From contig JAKISP010000001.1 of NCBI GenBank assembly GCA_021648525.1, forward strand, positions 2,061 to 66,060: DNA of 64,000 nt, given 5' to 3'. Below the pieces are notes generated by a model. It searched no databases and had not been told where the DNA came from. It saw nothing but the letters and a program-made list of their open reading frames with translations. Below, piece after piece: positions 51,317 through 61,108 of this stretch. Positions within the stretch are counted from its first letter, which is position 1, and each line of letters begins with the position of its first letter. The position numbers and the translations under genes are program-made. Source of the stretch: Gammaproteobacteria bacterium. GTDB lineage: Bacteria; Pseudomonadota; Gammaproteobacteria; SZUA-140.

Positions 51317-51637
51317 ATGAAGGCCAATATTACAAAAGTGATTCAACGATCGATTCTATTACTCATCACTACTCTGCTCGTTAACGTTGGTGCATTCGCC
51401 GATAGCGACCATAATGAAGCACGCAAATTAAAAGAGGCTGGTAAAATATTGCCCCTGGAGCAGATCATTGCCAGCGCACGCCAACAACACAGCGGGCATA
51501 TTCTGGAGATAGAACTTGAGCATGAGGACGGACGCTATATCTATGAACTAGAGATACTGGATGATAACGGCACCGTCTGGGAACTTGAATATGATGCCAA
51601 AAGCGGCAAGCTCATTAAGCAAGAAATAGATGACTAG
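51317..51637 (+). CDS. PepSY-domain periplasmic protein
   Basis: A signal peptide (MKANITKVIQRSILLLITTLLVNVGAFA) starts from the internal Met after an AGGAG Shine-Dalgarno. The PepSY-like C-terminus is HILEIELEHEDGRYIYELEILDDNGTVWELEYDAKSGKL. Confidence 0.7.
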   Translation: MKANITKVIQRSILLLITTLLVNVGAFADSDHNEARKLKEAGKILPLEQIIASARQQHSGHILEIELEHEDGRYIYELEILDDNGTVWELEYDAKSGKLIKQEIDD

Positions 51638-51649
51638 GGGCGCCCACTC

Positions 51650-52315
51650 ATGAGAATACTGCTTGTCGAAGATGATTTACCACTCAGTCGACAGATCAAA
51701 ACAGCCCTGCAAAAAGAAGGTTTTGCGGTAGACCAGGTAGATAACGGTATTGATGCTGAATTCATGGGTACTGAAGAACCTTATGATGCAATCATCCTTG
51801 ACCTTGGTCTACCACAACGACCCGGCATTGAGGTACTCAGAAACTGGCGCACTCAGGGCAACAAGGCACCCGTAATTATTCTGACCGCGCGTGATGCCTG
51901 GCATGAAAAGGTCGATGGTTTTAAAGCGGGAGCGGACGACTATTTAGCCAAGCCTTTTCATATAGAAGAGCTCGTCGCACGCCTCAATGCGCTAATCAAA
52001 CGCAGCCAGACTCAAGACATGGGTACCCTGCAGGTTGCCGGATTGAAACTTGATGAAGCACATCAATGCGTTGAAAATAAAGATGGCGTTCGCTTTGAGC
52101 TCACCGGAACCGAGTTTCGCTTGCTACGCTATATGATGATGCACCCCGGCGTTATCCTTTCCAAAGCCCACCTGACCGAACATGTGTATGAATATGATAC
52201 TGACCGTGACAGCAATGTAATTGAGGTCTATATCAAACGCCTGCGCAATAAAGTTGGCAACGACTTGATTAAAACAAAACGCGGTCAGGGCTATATCCTG
52301 AATAAAACTGGATAA
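51650..52315 (+). CDS. OmpR/PhoB-family response regulator
   Basis: REC motifs are present (MRILLVEDD, phospho-Asp in IILDLGLP, T in ILTARD, K in AKPF). The winged helix is ...LTGTEFRLLRYMMMHPGVILSKAHL...GYIL. Confidence 0.9.
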   Translation: MRILLVEDDLPLSRQIKTALQKEGFAVDQVDNGIDAEFMGTEEPYDAIILDLGLPQRPGIEVLRNWRTQGNKAPVIILTARDAWHEKVDGFKAGADDYLAKPFHIEELVARLNALIKRSQTQDMGTLQVAGLKLDEAHQCVENKDGVRFELTGTEFRLLRYMMMHPGVILSKAHLTEHVYEYDTDRDSNVIEVYIKRLRNKVGNDLIKTKRGQGYILNKTG

Positions 52316-52323
52316 CCGATGCC

Positions 52324-53661
52324 ATGAGGTCACTGCAATCCCGACTTAGCATCGGACTCACCGTCAGCATCGTGGCGCTACTGTTCATCCAGTGGCTTGC
52401 CGTGTCATTCACCATTCGCCATGTTGCAGAAGACTTCGTTGCTTCTCGCCTGCAACACGATGCTGAAGACCTGCTGCCGACTTTAGCATTTACAGAACAA
52501 GGGATGACGGTTAACGAACACCGTATTAGCAGCGTCTATAATGTGCCATTTTCTGGTCACTACTACCGCATTCAGAACAGCACTCACACACTGCGTTCAC
52601 GATCGTTATGGGATGATGATGTCGAGACGCCATCTATTGCGACTGGAGAAACAAAAGAACTTCATCTCACTGGCCCTTTAGCGCAGTCATTGCTGGTATG
52701 GCAGGGCGGCTATCAAAAGCGCGGTCAACATGTCACGATTTCCGTTGCGGAAGACATTTCCCACATTGAAGAAGACATTACTCAATTTATGCTCAGGTAC
52801 AGTACCGCCACCCTCGTTGCTGTTGTCGCGTTTGTGTTAACACAATTGTTTATTTTACGCCGTAGTTTGCAACCCCTTGAGCTGGTTCGTCGCGAAATCA
52901 CTTTATTAGAAAAGGGAGAGACACATTCACTCAGCGAGGCTGTGCCAACAGAGATTCGCCCACTAGTCAGTGAGTTTAACAAACTATTAACAGTGATGGC
53001 ACAGCGCCTAAGGCGGTCACGAAATGCCACTGGCAACCTGGCACACGCACTTAAAACACCGCTAGCACTGATGGTACAGCTGATTGAACAAGAGTCACTT
53101 GCCGCAACCCCTGAACTTCAGCAGGAATTACGTCAAAGCATCTCACGTATTCAACAGTTAATGGAACGTGAACTCAAACGAGCTCAACTCGCAGGCAAGG
53201 CAACCTCAGGCCAGCAGTTTAAATTTAATGAAGAGCTACCACCACTGGTTGAAACATTACAGCGGATCTATCAGGAAAAAGGCATCATCATCAACAGCAC
53301 AATTACAAATAATATTCAATATGCCGCCGACCGAGAAGACCTGCTCGAACTACTGGGAAACCTGCTAGATAACGCCTGTAAATGGGCAAAACATCAAGTC
53401 ATGCTATCCATTTCAAACGAGTTCAGTGCCAATCATAAGCTTAAAATAACCATTGAAGACGACGGCCCCGGCTGCAGTGACGAAGCGATGTTACAACTCA
53501 CCCAACGCGGCATACGCATTGATGAAAATATAGAAAAAAGCGTGGATGGTCATGGGCTTGGACTTGCCATCGCACATGACATCATTACCACCTATAATGG
53601 CGCGCTAAGGTTCAGGCGATCAACGCTGGGGGGGCTGGCAGTGGAAGTGACGCTGGCCTGA
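52324..53661 (+). CDS. sensor histidine kinase (2 TM, periplasmic domain, HAMP, HisKA, HATPase_c)
   Basis: The H-box is LAHALKTPLALM. The N-box is LLGNLLDNACKWA. The G-boxes are DDGPGC and GHGLGLAI. Confidence 0.9.
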   Translation: MRSLQSRLSIGLTVSIVALLFIQWLAVSFTIRHVAEDFVASRLQHDAEDLLPTLAFTEQGMTVNEHRISSVYNVPFSGHYYRIQNSTHTLRSRSLWDDDVETPSIATGETKELHLTGPLAQSLLVWQGGYQKRGQHVTISVAEDISHIEEDITQFMLRYSTATLVAVVAFVLTQLFILRRSLQPLELVRREITLLEKGETHSLSEAVPTEIRPLVSEFNKLLTVMAQRLRRSRNATGNLAHALKTPLALMVQLIEQESLAATPELQQELRQSISRIQQLMERELKRAQLAGKATSGQQFKFNEELPPLVETLQRIYQEKGIIINSTITNNIQYAADREDLLELLGNLLDNACKWAKHQVMLSISNEFSANHKLKITIEDDGPGCSDEAMLQLTQRGIRIDENIEKSVDGHGLGLAIAHDIITTYNGALRFRRSTLGGLAVEVTLA

Positions 53662-53677
53662 TGCGGTCTAAGGATGC

Positions 53678-53718
53678 AAACCAGCCTGAGCAAACGCTCA
53701 GGCTGGTTTGTTATAAAC
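53678..53718. terminator. bidirectional intrinsic terminator between convergent HK and slyD genes
   Basis: There is a perfect 14-bp stem AAACCAGCCTGAGC/GCTCAGGCTGGTTT with an AAAC loop, then GTTATAAA. Confidence 0.6.
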
Positions 53719-53726
53719 ATCAAGAA

Positions 53727-54218
53727 TTAATGGTCGTGATGTTCACCATCTGGCCCATGCGCATGGCCATGCTCAAGCTCTTCTGCACTCGCATCACGAA
53801 TATCGATCACCTTCACATCAAAGTTAAGCGATACACCTGCTAGCGGGTGATTACCATCAACGATGACATCATCACCATCAAGTTCAATCACAGTCACAAT
53901 CATCATCTCACCTTCAGGGCTTTGCGCATGAAACTGCATGCCAACGTTGATCTCTGCATCTTCTTCAAACATATCTTTTGGCACTGTCTGCAGCAGATCA
54001 TTTTCACGCGCGCCGTAACCTTCTTCCGGCGATACGGCAACACTCACCTCATCGCCCGCTACTTTGCCAGCCAGCGCATTTTCAAGCCCTGGCACGATGT
54101 TACGTGCACCATGTAGATAGACAAAGTCACCCTGCCCTTCTGAACTATCAATGAGTGTGCCTTCCTCATTTTTGAGGGTGTAGTCCAATGTTATGACTTT
54201 TTGATCTGCAATTTGCAC
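53727..54218 (-). CDS. slyD: FKBP-type peptidyl-prolyl cis-trans isomerase / metallochaperone SlyD
   Basis: It is collinear with E. coli SlyD (LHGARNIVPGLENALAGK..., IF domain, VDGNHPLAG) and has a His-rich tail HGHAHGPDGEHHDH. I chose the GTG start at 54218 after an AAGGAG Shine-Dalgarno. Confidence 0.85.
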   Translation of the reverse strand: MQIADQKVITLDYTLKNEEGTLIDSSEGQGDFVYLHGARNIVPGLENALAGKVAGDEVSVAVSPEEGYGARENDLLQTVPKDMFEEDAEINVGMQFHAQSPEGEMMIVTVIELDGDDVIVDGNHPLAGVSLNFDVKVIDIRDASAEELEHGHAHGPDGEHHDH

Positions 54219-54573
54219 GTAAAACTCCTTAAAGATATGAAATACAAAATTTTGCGGTGAAAACATCGCTGCACCACTTTATCGCCCAGCATTATAAACG
54301 CAAATACTGATTTTCCATTAAATTTCTATTACTCACGTCGAATAAAGACACAAAAGCACACTGACAACGCTTCAATTAACATAAAAAACTAAATAACAAC
54401 CTGTTTTAATTGATTTTTCTAAAATAACCCTCCTTTTTTACTGGTGGCAACCCTGACTGAACTAAACGTTCCCGACGATCTAATCAGTGAAGCGGCTGCA
54501 ATAGCTGAAAGCACTCGCAACGATGTTTTAGGAAAATAATATAAGACGCATGTAGTCGGTTTTTTCCTCGTTA

Positions 54574-54608
54574 GCCTGACAAGATCCCCCATCTTGCCAG
54601 GCTTTTTT
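54574..54608 (+). terminator. orphan intrinsic terminator upstream of nadB
   Basis: There is a 12-bp stem GCCTGACAAGAT/ATCTTGCCAGGC with one A.C mismatch and a CCCCC loop, followed by TTTTTT. No annotated + strand gene ends here. Confidence 0.5.
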
Positions 54609-54719
54609 GTGCTCAATTTCCAGGCACATGGCCGCCATGATAGATTGACGCGACAAAAGTGTATTTAGCCACTTATAATGGATCGTTCATGATAACTGGC
54701 CAACGGGTAATCAACCTCA

Positions 54720-56378
54720 GTGAGCGATGCAGTGAACACAAGCAGAACCCAACAACATGATGTTCTGATCATTGGCAGTGGTGCCGCCGGCATTAGCATG
54801 GCACTGACCCTCGCCGACAGCACCAAAGTGGCATTGATCGCTAAAGAAGCCCTGACCGAAAGTGCCACATTTTATGCGCAGGGCGGTATTTCAGCGGTAC
54901 TTGATAAAACCGATTCACTGGAATCACATACCGCTGACACCCTTAACGCAGGTGCAGGGCTATGCGATGAAGCAGTGGTGCGCCATGTGGTTAAACATGG
55001 CCCACAAAGCATCCAGTGGCTGATTGATCGTGGCGTGAGCTTTACCAAAGATCTGGACAGCAAAGAGAGTGCCGACTATCACCTCACAAAAGAGGGCGGC
55101 CACAGCCACCGGCGCGTGATACATGCCGCTGACGCCACCGGGCGAGAGATGGAAACAACGCTGGCAGAACAGGCGCGAGCACACCCCAACATCGAGATCT
55201 TCGAGCGCCATATCGCAATCGACCTGATTACCGGCAGTAAGCTTGGCTGGCGCGACAACCGCTGCCATGGGGCCTATATTCTTGACCGCGATAACGACGA
55301 GGTGATCGCCTTTTCAGCACGCACCGTGGTACTTGCCACCGGTGGGGCTGGTAAAGCCTACCTCTACACCAGTAATCCCGACGTCGCCTCTGGTGACGGT
55401 ATTGCGATGGCGTGGCGTGCAGGCTGCCGTATCGCCAATATGGAATTTATTCAGTTCCATCCCACCTGCCTGTTTCACCCGGAAGCAAAATCATTTCTGG
55501 TGACCGAAGCCTTACGCGGTGAAGGTGCCAAACTAAGCCTGCCCGATGGCAGCAGCTTTATGGAGCAGTTTGATCAACGTGCCGAACTCGCACCTCGTGA
55601 TATCGTCGCACGCGCGATCGATCACACCATGAAGCGCTCTGGTGTTGAGTATGTACACCTCGACATCAGCCATAAGCCAGAAACATTTATCAAAGAACAC
55701 TTCCCCACCATCTATCAACGCTGCCTTGAATATGGCTACGATATTACTCAGCAGCCGATTCCAGTTGTACCGGCAGCACACTACATCTGTGGCGGCATTA
55801 TGAGCGATATTAATGGCTGCACTGACATCGATGGCCTCTATGCTGTCGGTGAAGCCGCCTATACCGGCATGCATGGGGCTAATCGGATGGCGAGCAACTC
55901 TCTGCTTGAGTGCCTGGTATTTGCAGAATCAGCCAGCCGCCATATCCTCGAACGACTGCAACAGCCCACATCAATACAAGTGGTACCTGTATGGGATGAA
56001 AGTCGCGTAACCGATTCTGACGAAGAGGTTGTGGTCACCCATAACTGGCATGAACTACGCCGTTTTATGTGGGACTACGTGGGCATCGTACGCACCGACA
56101 AACGACTTCAACGCGCCAAAAACAGGGTTGATCTGCTACAACATGAGATCTCTGATTACTACAGTAATTTCCGCGTCAATAGTGACCTGATCGAACTGCG
56201 CAACCTCACCCTCGTTTCAGATTTAATCATCCGCTCAGCCATTCTGCGCAAAGAGAGTCGCGGTCTGCATTACACATTAGACTACCCCAACTGCAGCGAT
56301 GAACAGACGCCACAAAAAACAATCCTCATTCCTGACAATTACCTCAAGGCACGAACTAGTGTCATCGATAAGACCTGA
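54720..56378 (+). CDS. nadB: L-aspartate oxidase
   Basis: It is collinear with E. coli NadB ([54 protein letters not shown], HYx[46 protein letters not shown]). It starts at a GTG. Confidence 0.95.
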   Translation: MSDAVNTSRTQQHDVLIIGSGAAGISMALTLADSTKVALIAKEALTESATFYAQGGISAVLDKTDSLESHTADTLNAGAGLCDEAVVRHVVKHGPQSIQWLIDRGVSFTKDLDSKESADYHLTKEGGHSHRRVIHAADATGREMETTLAEQARAHPNIEIFERHIAIDLITGSKLGWRDNRCHGAYILDRDNDEVIAFSARTVVLATGGAGKAYLYTSNPDVASGDGIAMAWRAGCRIANMEFIQFHPTCLFHPEAKSFLVTEALRGEGAKLSLPDGSSFMEQFDQRAELAPRDIVARAIDHTMKRSGVEYVHLDISHKPETFIKEHFPTIYQRCLEYGYDITQQPIPVVPAAHYICGGIMSDINGCTDIDGLYAVGEAAYTGMHGANRMASNSLLECLVFAESASRHILERLQQPTSIQVVPVWDESRVTDSDEEVVVTHNWHELRRFMWDYVGIVRTDKRLQRAKNRVDLLQHEISDYYSNFRVNSDLIELRNLTLVSDLIIRSAILRKESRGLHYTLDYPNCSDEQTPQKTILIPDNYLKARTSVIDKT

Positions 56379-56414
56379 TATACTACTATTTTTGCACCAT
56401 AGCCCGACCGCCTG

Positions 56415-57053
56415 ATGACAAATACAGCCACGCCTAATAGCAGCACCGAGATCACCGTCAACGGCACCCGGCTTTCTGTTTCAGCCAACCATTCGCTGAT
56501 TCAGGCACTGTGGAAAACAGGTCACCCTAATTTTAAAAGTGCCAGTTGCCTTGAAGGTGTCTGCGGCTCATGCCGTATCATGGTGAAGTATGACAACCAG
56601 TCTGCAGTGAATATGGCACTCGCCTGCCAGAGCAAGGTCGAACCTGGAATGCAAGTCATCTTCCCTCAATATCTTGAGAAAGAGTCAACCGCACTATTAA
56701 ACCATCGATACAGGCTACAACTATCCAGCGAGAGTAGCGAGCAACTAAAAACAATTTTTCCAGAGGCTGCCGACTGTCGCCATTGCCATGGCTGCACCGT
56801 TGCGTGCCCAAAAGGGATCGATGTTGAACAAGGGATCACCCTCGCCAACGAAGGGAAACTCGCCGCGGCCGGAGATCTTTTTATCAACTGCGTAATGTGT
56901 GACCTCTGCACCACCAGCTGTCCTGAAAACATCGCACCCAATTATGTTGCGCTGTTTGCACGCCGCACGACTGCCGTTAACCAACCAACGCCAACCAACC
57001 TTGCCAGGCGCTTACAGGCGTTACAACGTGGCGAGCTAAAAATTAAATATTAA
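56415..57053 (+). CDS. FrdB/SdhB-like iron-sulfur protein (2Fe-2S ferredoxin-like N-domain + two CxxCxxCxxxCP cluster motifs)
   Basis: The 2Fe-2S motif is SCLEGVCGSCRIMV...LAC. The cluster motifs are CRHCHGCTVACP and CVMCDLCTTSCP. It is 212 aa and starts 36 nt after nadB. Confidence 0.8.
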   Translation: MTNTATPNSSTEITVNGTRLSVSANHSLIQALWKTGHPNFKSASCLEGVCGSCRIMVKYDNQSAVNMALACQSKVEPGMQVIFPQYLEKESTALLNHRYRLQLSSESSEQLKTIFPEAADCRHCHGCTVACPKGIDVEQGITLANEGKLAAAGDLFINCVMCDLCTTSCPENIAPNYVALFARRTTAVNQPTPTNLARRLQALQRGELKIKY

Positions 57054-57058
57054 CCGGC

Positions 57059-58648
57059 ATGAATAACGGCACCCCTCTAGAACAGGCACGGCAAGCATAT
57101 CGCATTAACCTCAACCGCCCACTACGACCATCAGCAATAGACAACCAAAAATTGCTGCAGTACTTTCACCCCGACTACGCCGACAATAGCCGCGTGGCGC
57201 TTAAAGTTGGCGTTAACCGTCATGACCCATGCCACCCACAACTGGCAGCACTATTACAGTCAGACTCGCCGACTATTGAAGCGATGCTCGCAACGGCTAC
57301 ACAGATAGAGACCGAGGTGCTGGTGATTGGATCAGGCGGAGCGGGCTGTAGTGCTGCACTGGTTGCGGGGGAGAATGGTGCGAATGTACTAATCGCCACC
57401 AAACTGCGCGTGGGGGATAGCAATACCGTGATGGCGGAAGGTGGCATTCAGGCTTCCATTGAAGCCAACGACACACCGCAGGCCCACTTTGATGAAACCC
57501 TCAAGGCAGGCCATTACTGTAGCGATAAACGTCTGGTGGAACAGATGGTACTTGATGGCCCAGAGGTAATTCAGTGGCTGATTCAACAAGGCATGCAGTT
57601 TGATCGAGACGAACAAGGTAACCTCTGCACACGTCGCGCAGGCGGCACCTCGGCAAACCGAGTGCTCTACTGCCGTGACTACACTGGCCTGGAGATGATG
57701 CGTGTACTACGTGAGAGCGTACGCCAGCACCACAGGATTACAACCTGTGATTACACTCCTGCCGTCGAACTATTATCGAATAAAGAGGGCCACTGTAGTG
57801 GCGCGCTGCTCTATTCAATTGAAACGCAACGATACACGGCCGTCAAAGCAAAGTCTGTCATCCTCGCCAGTGGCGGGCTTGGCCGCATGCACCTCAATGG
57901 ATTTCCGACTTCCAACCATGTTGGCGCAACGGGTGACGGCCTGGTACTCGCCTATCGGCTCGGCGCACAACTACAGGCACTGGACTCATTCCAGTATCAC
58001 CCAACAGGATTGGCCTGGCCACAAACACTGGCCGGTACCTTAATCACCGAAGGAATACGTTCTACCGGGGCACAACTAGTGAACAACAGTGGAGAACGCT
58101 TTATCGATGAACTCGCACCACGTGACGTGGTCTGCGCTGCGATCATGCGTGAATGTGAAGAAGGACGAGGGATACGCCTGGAAAGCGGTCGACAGGGCGT
58201 ATGGCTCGACATACCCACGCTGGAAAAACAGCAGCCAGGCATCCTGGCACAACAGTTCCCAAAATTCATGGCACTGTGCAATAAAGCAGACATCAATCCT
58301 TACCAGTCACCCTTGCTGATCTGCCCAACATTACATTACCAGAATGGCGGTGTGGTGATTAATCAAGCATGCGAAACAACGATCCCCGGGCTCTATTGTG
58401 CCGGTGAAGTAAGCGGCGGCATTCACGGTAAAAATCGCATCATGGGCAACGCCCTGCTAGAGATTATCAGTTTCGGCAGACGCGCGGGTGCGGCAGCCGT
58501 CGCGCGCCATTCACCAGACAAGAGCCAACTGTTACTCAATCACTTACAGGCATTTCGTCGCGAAATAAAAAACAGCCACGGCGTTAGCGGCATACAGGGA
58601 CCTCTACTATTCCCCCACTACGCCAGCTTCAGCAGGAAAGGGGCATGA
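57059..58648 (+). CDS. FAD-dependent flavoprotein of the fumarate reductase/succinate dehydrogenase/L-aspartate oxidase family (NadB paralogue-like, truncated C-terminus, ~80-aa N-extension)
   Basis: The dinucleotide fold is VLVIGSGGAGCSAALVA. Further motifs are EGGIQAS and the HYQNGGV capping-domain signature. The C-terminal FAD site is GLYCAGEVSGGIHGKNRIMGNALLEIISFGRRAG. It starts 5 nt after the Fe-S gene. Confidence 0.85.
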   Translation: MNNGTPLEQARQAYRINLNRPLRPSAIDNQKLLQYFHPDYADNSRVALKVGVNRHDPCHPQLAALLQSDSPTIEAMLATATQIETEVLVIGSGGAGCSAALVAGENGANVLIATKLRVGDSNTVMAEGGIQASIEANDTPQAHFDETLKAGHYCSDKRLVEQMVLDGPEVIQWLIQQGMQFDRDEQGNLCTRRAGGTSANRVLYCRDYTGLEMMRVLRESVRQHHRITTCDYTPAVELLSNKEGHCSGALLYSIETQRYTAVKAKSVILASGGLGRMHLNGFPTSNHVGATGDGLVLAYRLGAQLQALDSFQYHPTGLAWPQTLAGTLITEGIRSTGAQLVNNSGERFIDELAPRDVVCAAIMRECEEGRGIRLESGRQGVWLDIPTLEKQQPGILAQQFPKFMALCNKADINPYQSPLLICPTLHYQNGGVVINQACETTIPGLYCAGEVSGGIHGKNRIMGNALLEIISFGRRAGAAAVARHSPDKSQLLLNHLQAFRREIKNSHGVSGIQGPLLFPHYASFSRKGA

Positions 58649-59904
58649 CAAAGGCACCGTTAAATCAGCTCTTACGCCACCCAGATAACTGCTGTGCGAA
58701 TTTAGATGAATGGCTCAACGGTGTTGGTGGCAAGGCGCTAGCCATCGCACTAAAGGATCCATCAACACTCATCCCAACCATCAAGGCCGCGGGACTGCGT
58801 GGCCTGGGTGGCAGTGGTTTTCCTGCCTATCGAAAATGGCAAATGATAGCAGCGCAACATCAGCACAGTGAACGTTACCTGATATGCAATGGCAATGAAG
58901 ATGAACCCGGCACCTTTAAAGACAGGTTATTGCTGGAGGAGTCACCACATCAGGTCATTGAAGGTGCATTAATCACAGCACTTGCCACCAACATTAATCA
59001 CATCGCTTTCTACATCAATCCTCATTTGAAACGCGCAACCGAAATACTCTCCAATGCCATCGCGCAATGGCAACAGAGTGATTACCTGCAACAAATATCC
59101 GAGACGCTAGTGAAGGAGCTAGTATTAAAGATCATCCCATCACCCGGCCACTACATCGCCGGTGAAGAAACAGCGGCGATTGAAGCCGTCGAAGGCAACT
59201 TTCCCTTTCCACGTGGCAAACCCCCGTATCCGGCTGTGGCAGGAGTGCATGGCAAACCCACACTGATCAATAACATTGAGACCCTTGCCAATGTATCGCA
59301 CATCGTACGTAACGGTGCCGCGTGGTTCCAGGCACTAGGTGAAGGCAGATGTAACGGCACCAAAATCTACTGTATCAGTGGTGATGTCTCTGATAGCGGA
59401 GCGTATGAATTACCCATGGGCATATCGTTGGAGTCGCTTATTTTCCAGCATGCGGGTGGCATCAGCAACAATCGAAAACTTAAGGCCGTCTTTACCGGTG
59501 GGCCATCTAATTCAATCTTAACGGCAGACGCATTATCGCTTACGCTAGATTTTGATTCACTAAAACAACACAATGCATCCCTGGGAACGGGCGCGATGAT
59601 TGTGATTGCAGAAGGTAACCCAATCATTCCACACATTGCCAAATATCTCGATTTTTTTGCGGCAGCATCATGTGGCCAGTGCCCACCCTGCACCAGTGGC
59701 ACTAGAGAAATGGCGCAGCTCACTCGGAAAATTACCATCGGCAACGCTAACAAACATGATCTTGACTCTCTCATCAGCCTCAGTGAACTCTTACCTGGCA
59801 GTGGTCGCTGCCACCTGATTGATGGAGCTGTCACGCTACTCAAAAGTTCTCTCGGACATTTTCCTAAGGAATATCAAGTATTAATAAACAAGCCTTTTTC
59901 ATAA
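58645..59904 (+). CDS. NuoF-like NAD(H)-binding FMN/[4Fe-4S] subunit (respiratory complex I 51-kDa family)
   Basis: All NuoF hallmark motifs are present: GLGGSGFPAYRKW (FMN/NADH), YLICNGNEDEPGTFKDR, YIAGEETAAIEAVEG, GKPTLINNIETLANV, and the 4Fe-4S Cys motif SCGQCPPCTSGT plus a distal C in GRCHL. Its start overlaps the flavoprotein stop (ATGA). Confidence 0.85.
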   Translation: MTKAPLNQLLRHPDNCCANLDEWLNGVGGKALAIALKDPSTLIPTIKAAGLRGLGGSGFPAYRKWQMIAAQHQHSERYLICNGNEDEPGTFKDRLLLEESPHQVIEGALITALATNINHIAFYINPHLKRATEILSNAIAQWQQSDYLQQISETLVKELVLKIIPSPGHYIAGEETAAIEAVEGNFPFPRGKPPYPAVAGVHGKPTLINNIETLANVSHIVRNGAAWFQALGEGRCNGTKIYCISGDVSDSGAYELPMGISLESLIFQHAGGISNNRKLKAVFTGGPSNSILTADALSLTLDFDSLKQHNASLGTGAMIVIAEGNPIIPHIAKYLDFFAAASCGQCPPCTSGTREMAQLTRKITIGNANKHDLDSLISLSELLPGSGRCHLIDGAVTLLKSSLGHFPKEYQVLINKPFS

Positions 59905-59995
59905 AGCGCTATTTTTGATCACAGGTACCATGCTGATCAACAGCAAAAGAACAAGCCTGCTCCCGCCTTCCCTATTGTGACTCCCCTCGTTAGAG

Positions 59996-60024
59996 TTGAC
60001 CAATAAAACCACAATACTTATACT
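59996..60024 (+). promoter_or_regulatory. candidate sigma70 promoter
   Basis: TTGACC-17 nt-TATACT lies about 75 nt upstream of the 60100 ORF. Confidence 0.3.
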
Positions 60025-60099
60025 GGTTTGACCTGGTACATTCAATATTCGGCCGATCGAGATTGTTAGTAAACAAGTTTTTGAGGAAAAGCAGTACAG

Positions 60100-60921
60100 A
60101 TGAAAACACTGGAACCAAAAAAAGTGGATACCAAAGACATCCCGCTTTGGTTTAAAGAATCATTTAGCCTGCTCATACGCCGCGCACCTCTCTTCATTAC
60201 CTCGATAGCCGCATTTTTTGTCATCCTCTTTTTTATCATTCAAGCCTTTGCAACCCTCGCTGAACAGACACCACCCCTGATATTACTGCCACTATTTCTG
60301 CTATTTGTCGCATTTTCGATGCATTTCTTTTTCAGCGACCTGCTACTACTAGCCTTCTCATCGGATAACTCTCGTAAGATCAATATCAGCCAGCGCGCGC
60401 ACACGCTGATCTCAGAGCAAAAATCTTTGGTGAAGATGACCCTCATGGCCTTCCTCGTTGGCTCAGCCTTCTGGTTAATCAGCCTGTCAATGAATGTGGA
60501 TAAAGACCTGCTAAGTGCCTGCATCAGCGTTGTTGATCGTTTATTGTTTGAAAAAGAGATGCCACTGTTTTTCATGCTAAAACTACTCGCTACCATGCTC
60601 TATTTCATGTTGTTAGCAATGTTCTTATTACGCACCATTTTCTGCATTCCACTGATGCTATTCCATAAGCTTCCCTATGCAGAGGCGCGAGCGCTCAGTC
60701 ACCGAGCGGTCATCATCAACTTTCATACCATGTGCACTGCACTTATTTTATGGGCAATATTACTATTGGGAACAATGGCAGCTGCCAACATACTTGCGTT
60801 GATACTATTCCCATTACTACCCGTCTTTGTGTTTGTCTGCTATCGCAATATTTTTCTTGGACAAGCAGAAAACACACCAGCAACCATGATCAACGCTGAA
60901 CTAGCGACATCGGGTGGATAA
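60100..60921 (+). CDS. hypothetical polytopic membrane protein
   Basis: It is 273 aa with about 6 predicted TM helices. I recognised no family. Confidence 0.55.
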   Translation: MKTLEPKKVDTKDIPLWFKESFSLLIRRAPLFITSIAAFFVILFFIIQAFATLAEQTPPLILLPLFLLFVAFSMHFFFSDLLLLAFSSDNSRKINISQRAHTLISEQKSLVKMTLMAFLVGSAFWLISLSMNVDKDLLSACISVVDRLLFEKEMPLFFMLKLLATMLYFMLLAMFLLRTIFCIPLMLFHKLPYAEARALSHRAVIINFHTMCTALILWAILLLGTMAAANILALILFPLLPVFVFVCYRNIFLGQAENTPATMINAELATSGG

Positions 60922-61108
60922 CACTCAGGTTATCACGGTGTAAATAGTCACTACCTGAAGCAAACAGACTAATACATCAACCACTTTATATTGACTGATC
61001 AGCGACCCTGTGGCATTTCACATCAAGATACAGTTCCCAGGCAAGAGCTGTAACACCAACGTGGAAAAGAGCCAGAATTTCGTCACGAACGATGATTATT
61101 AATGCCCT

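Noticed and set aside
54419-54616. 65-aa minus-strand ORF in the slyD-nadB intergenic region
   Set aside because: It spans the strong plus-strand terminator hairpin and has low-complexity composition. It is probably spurious.
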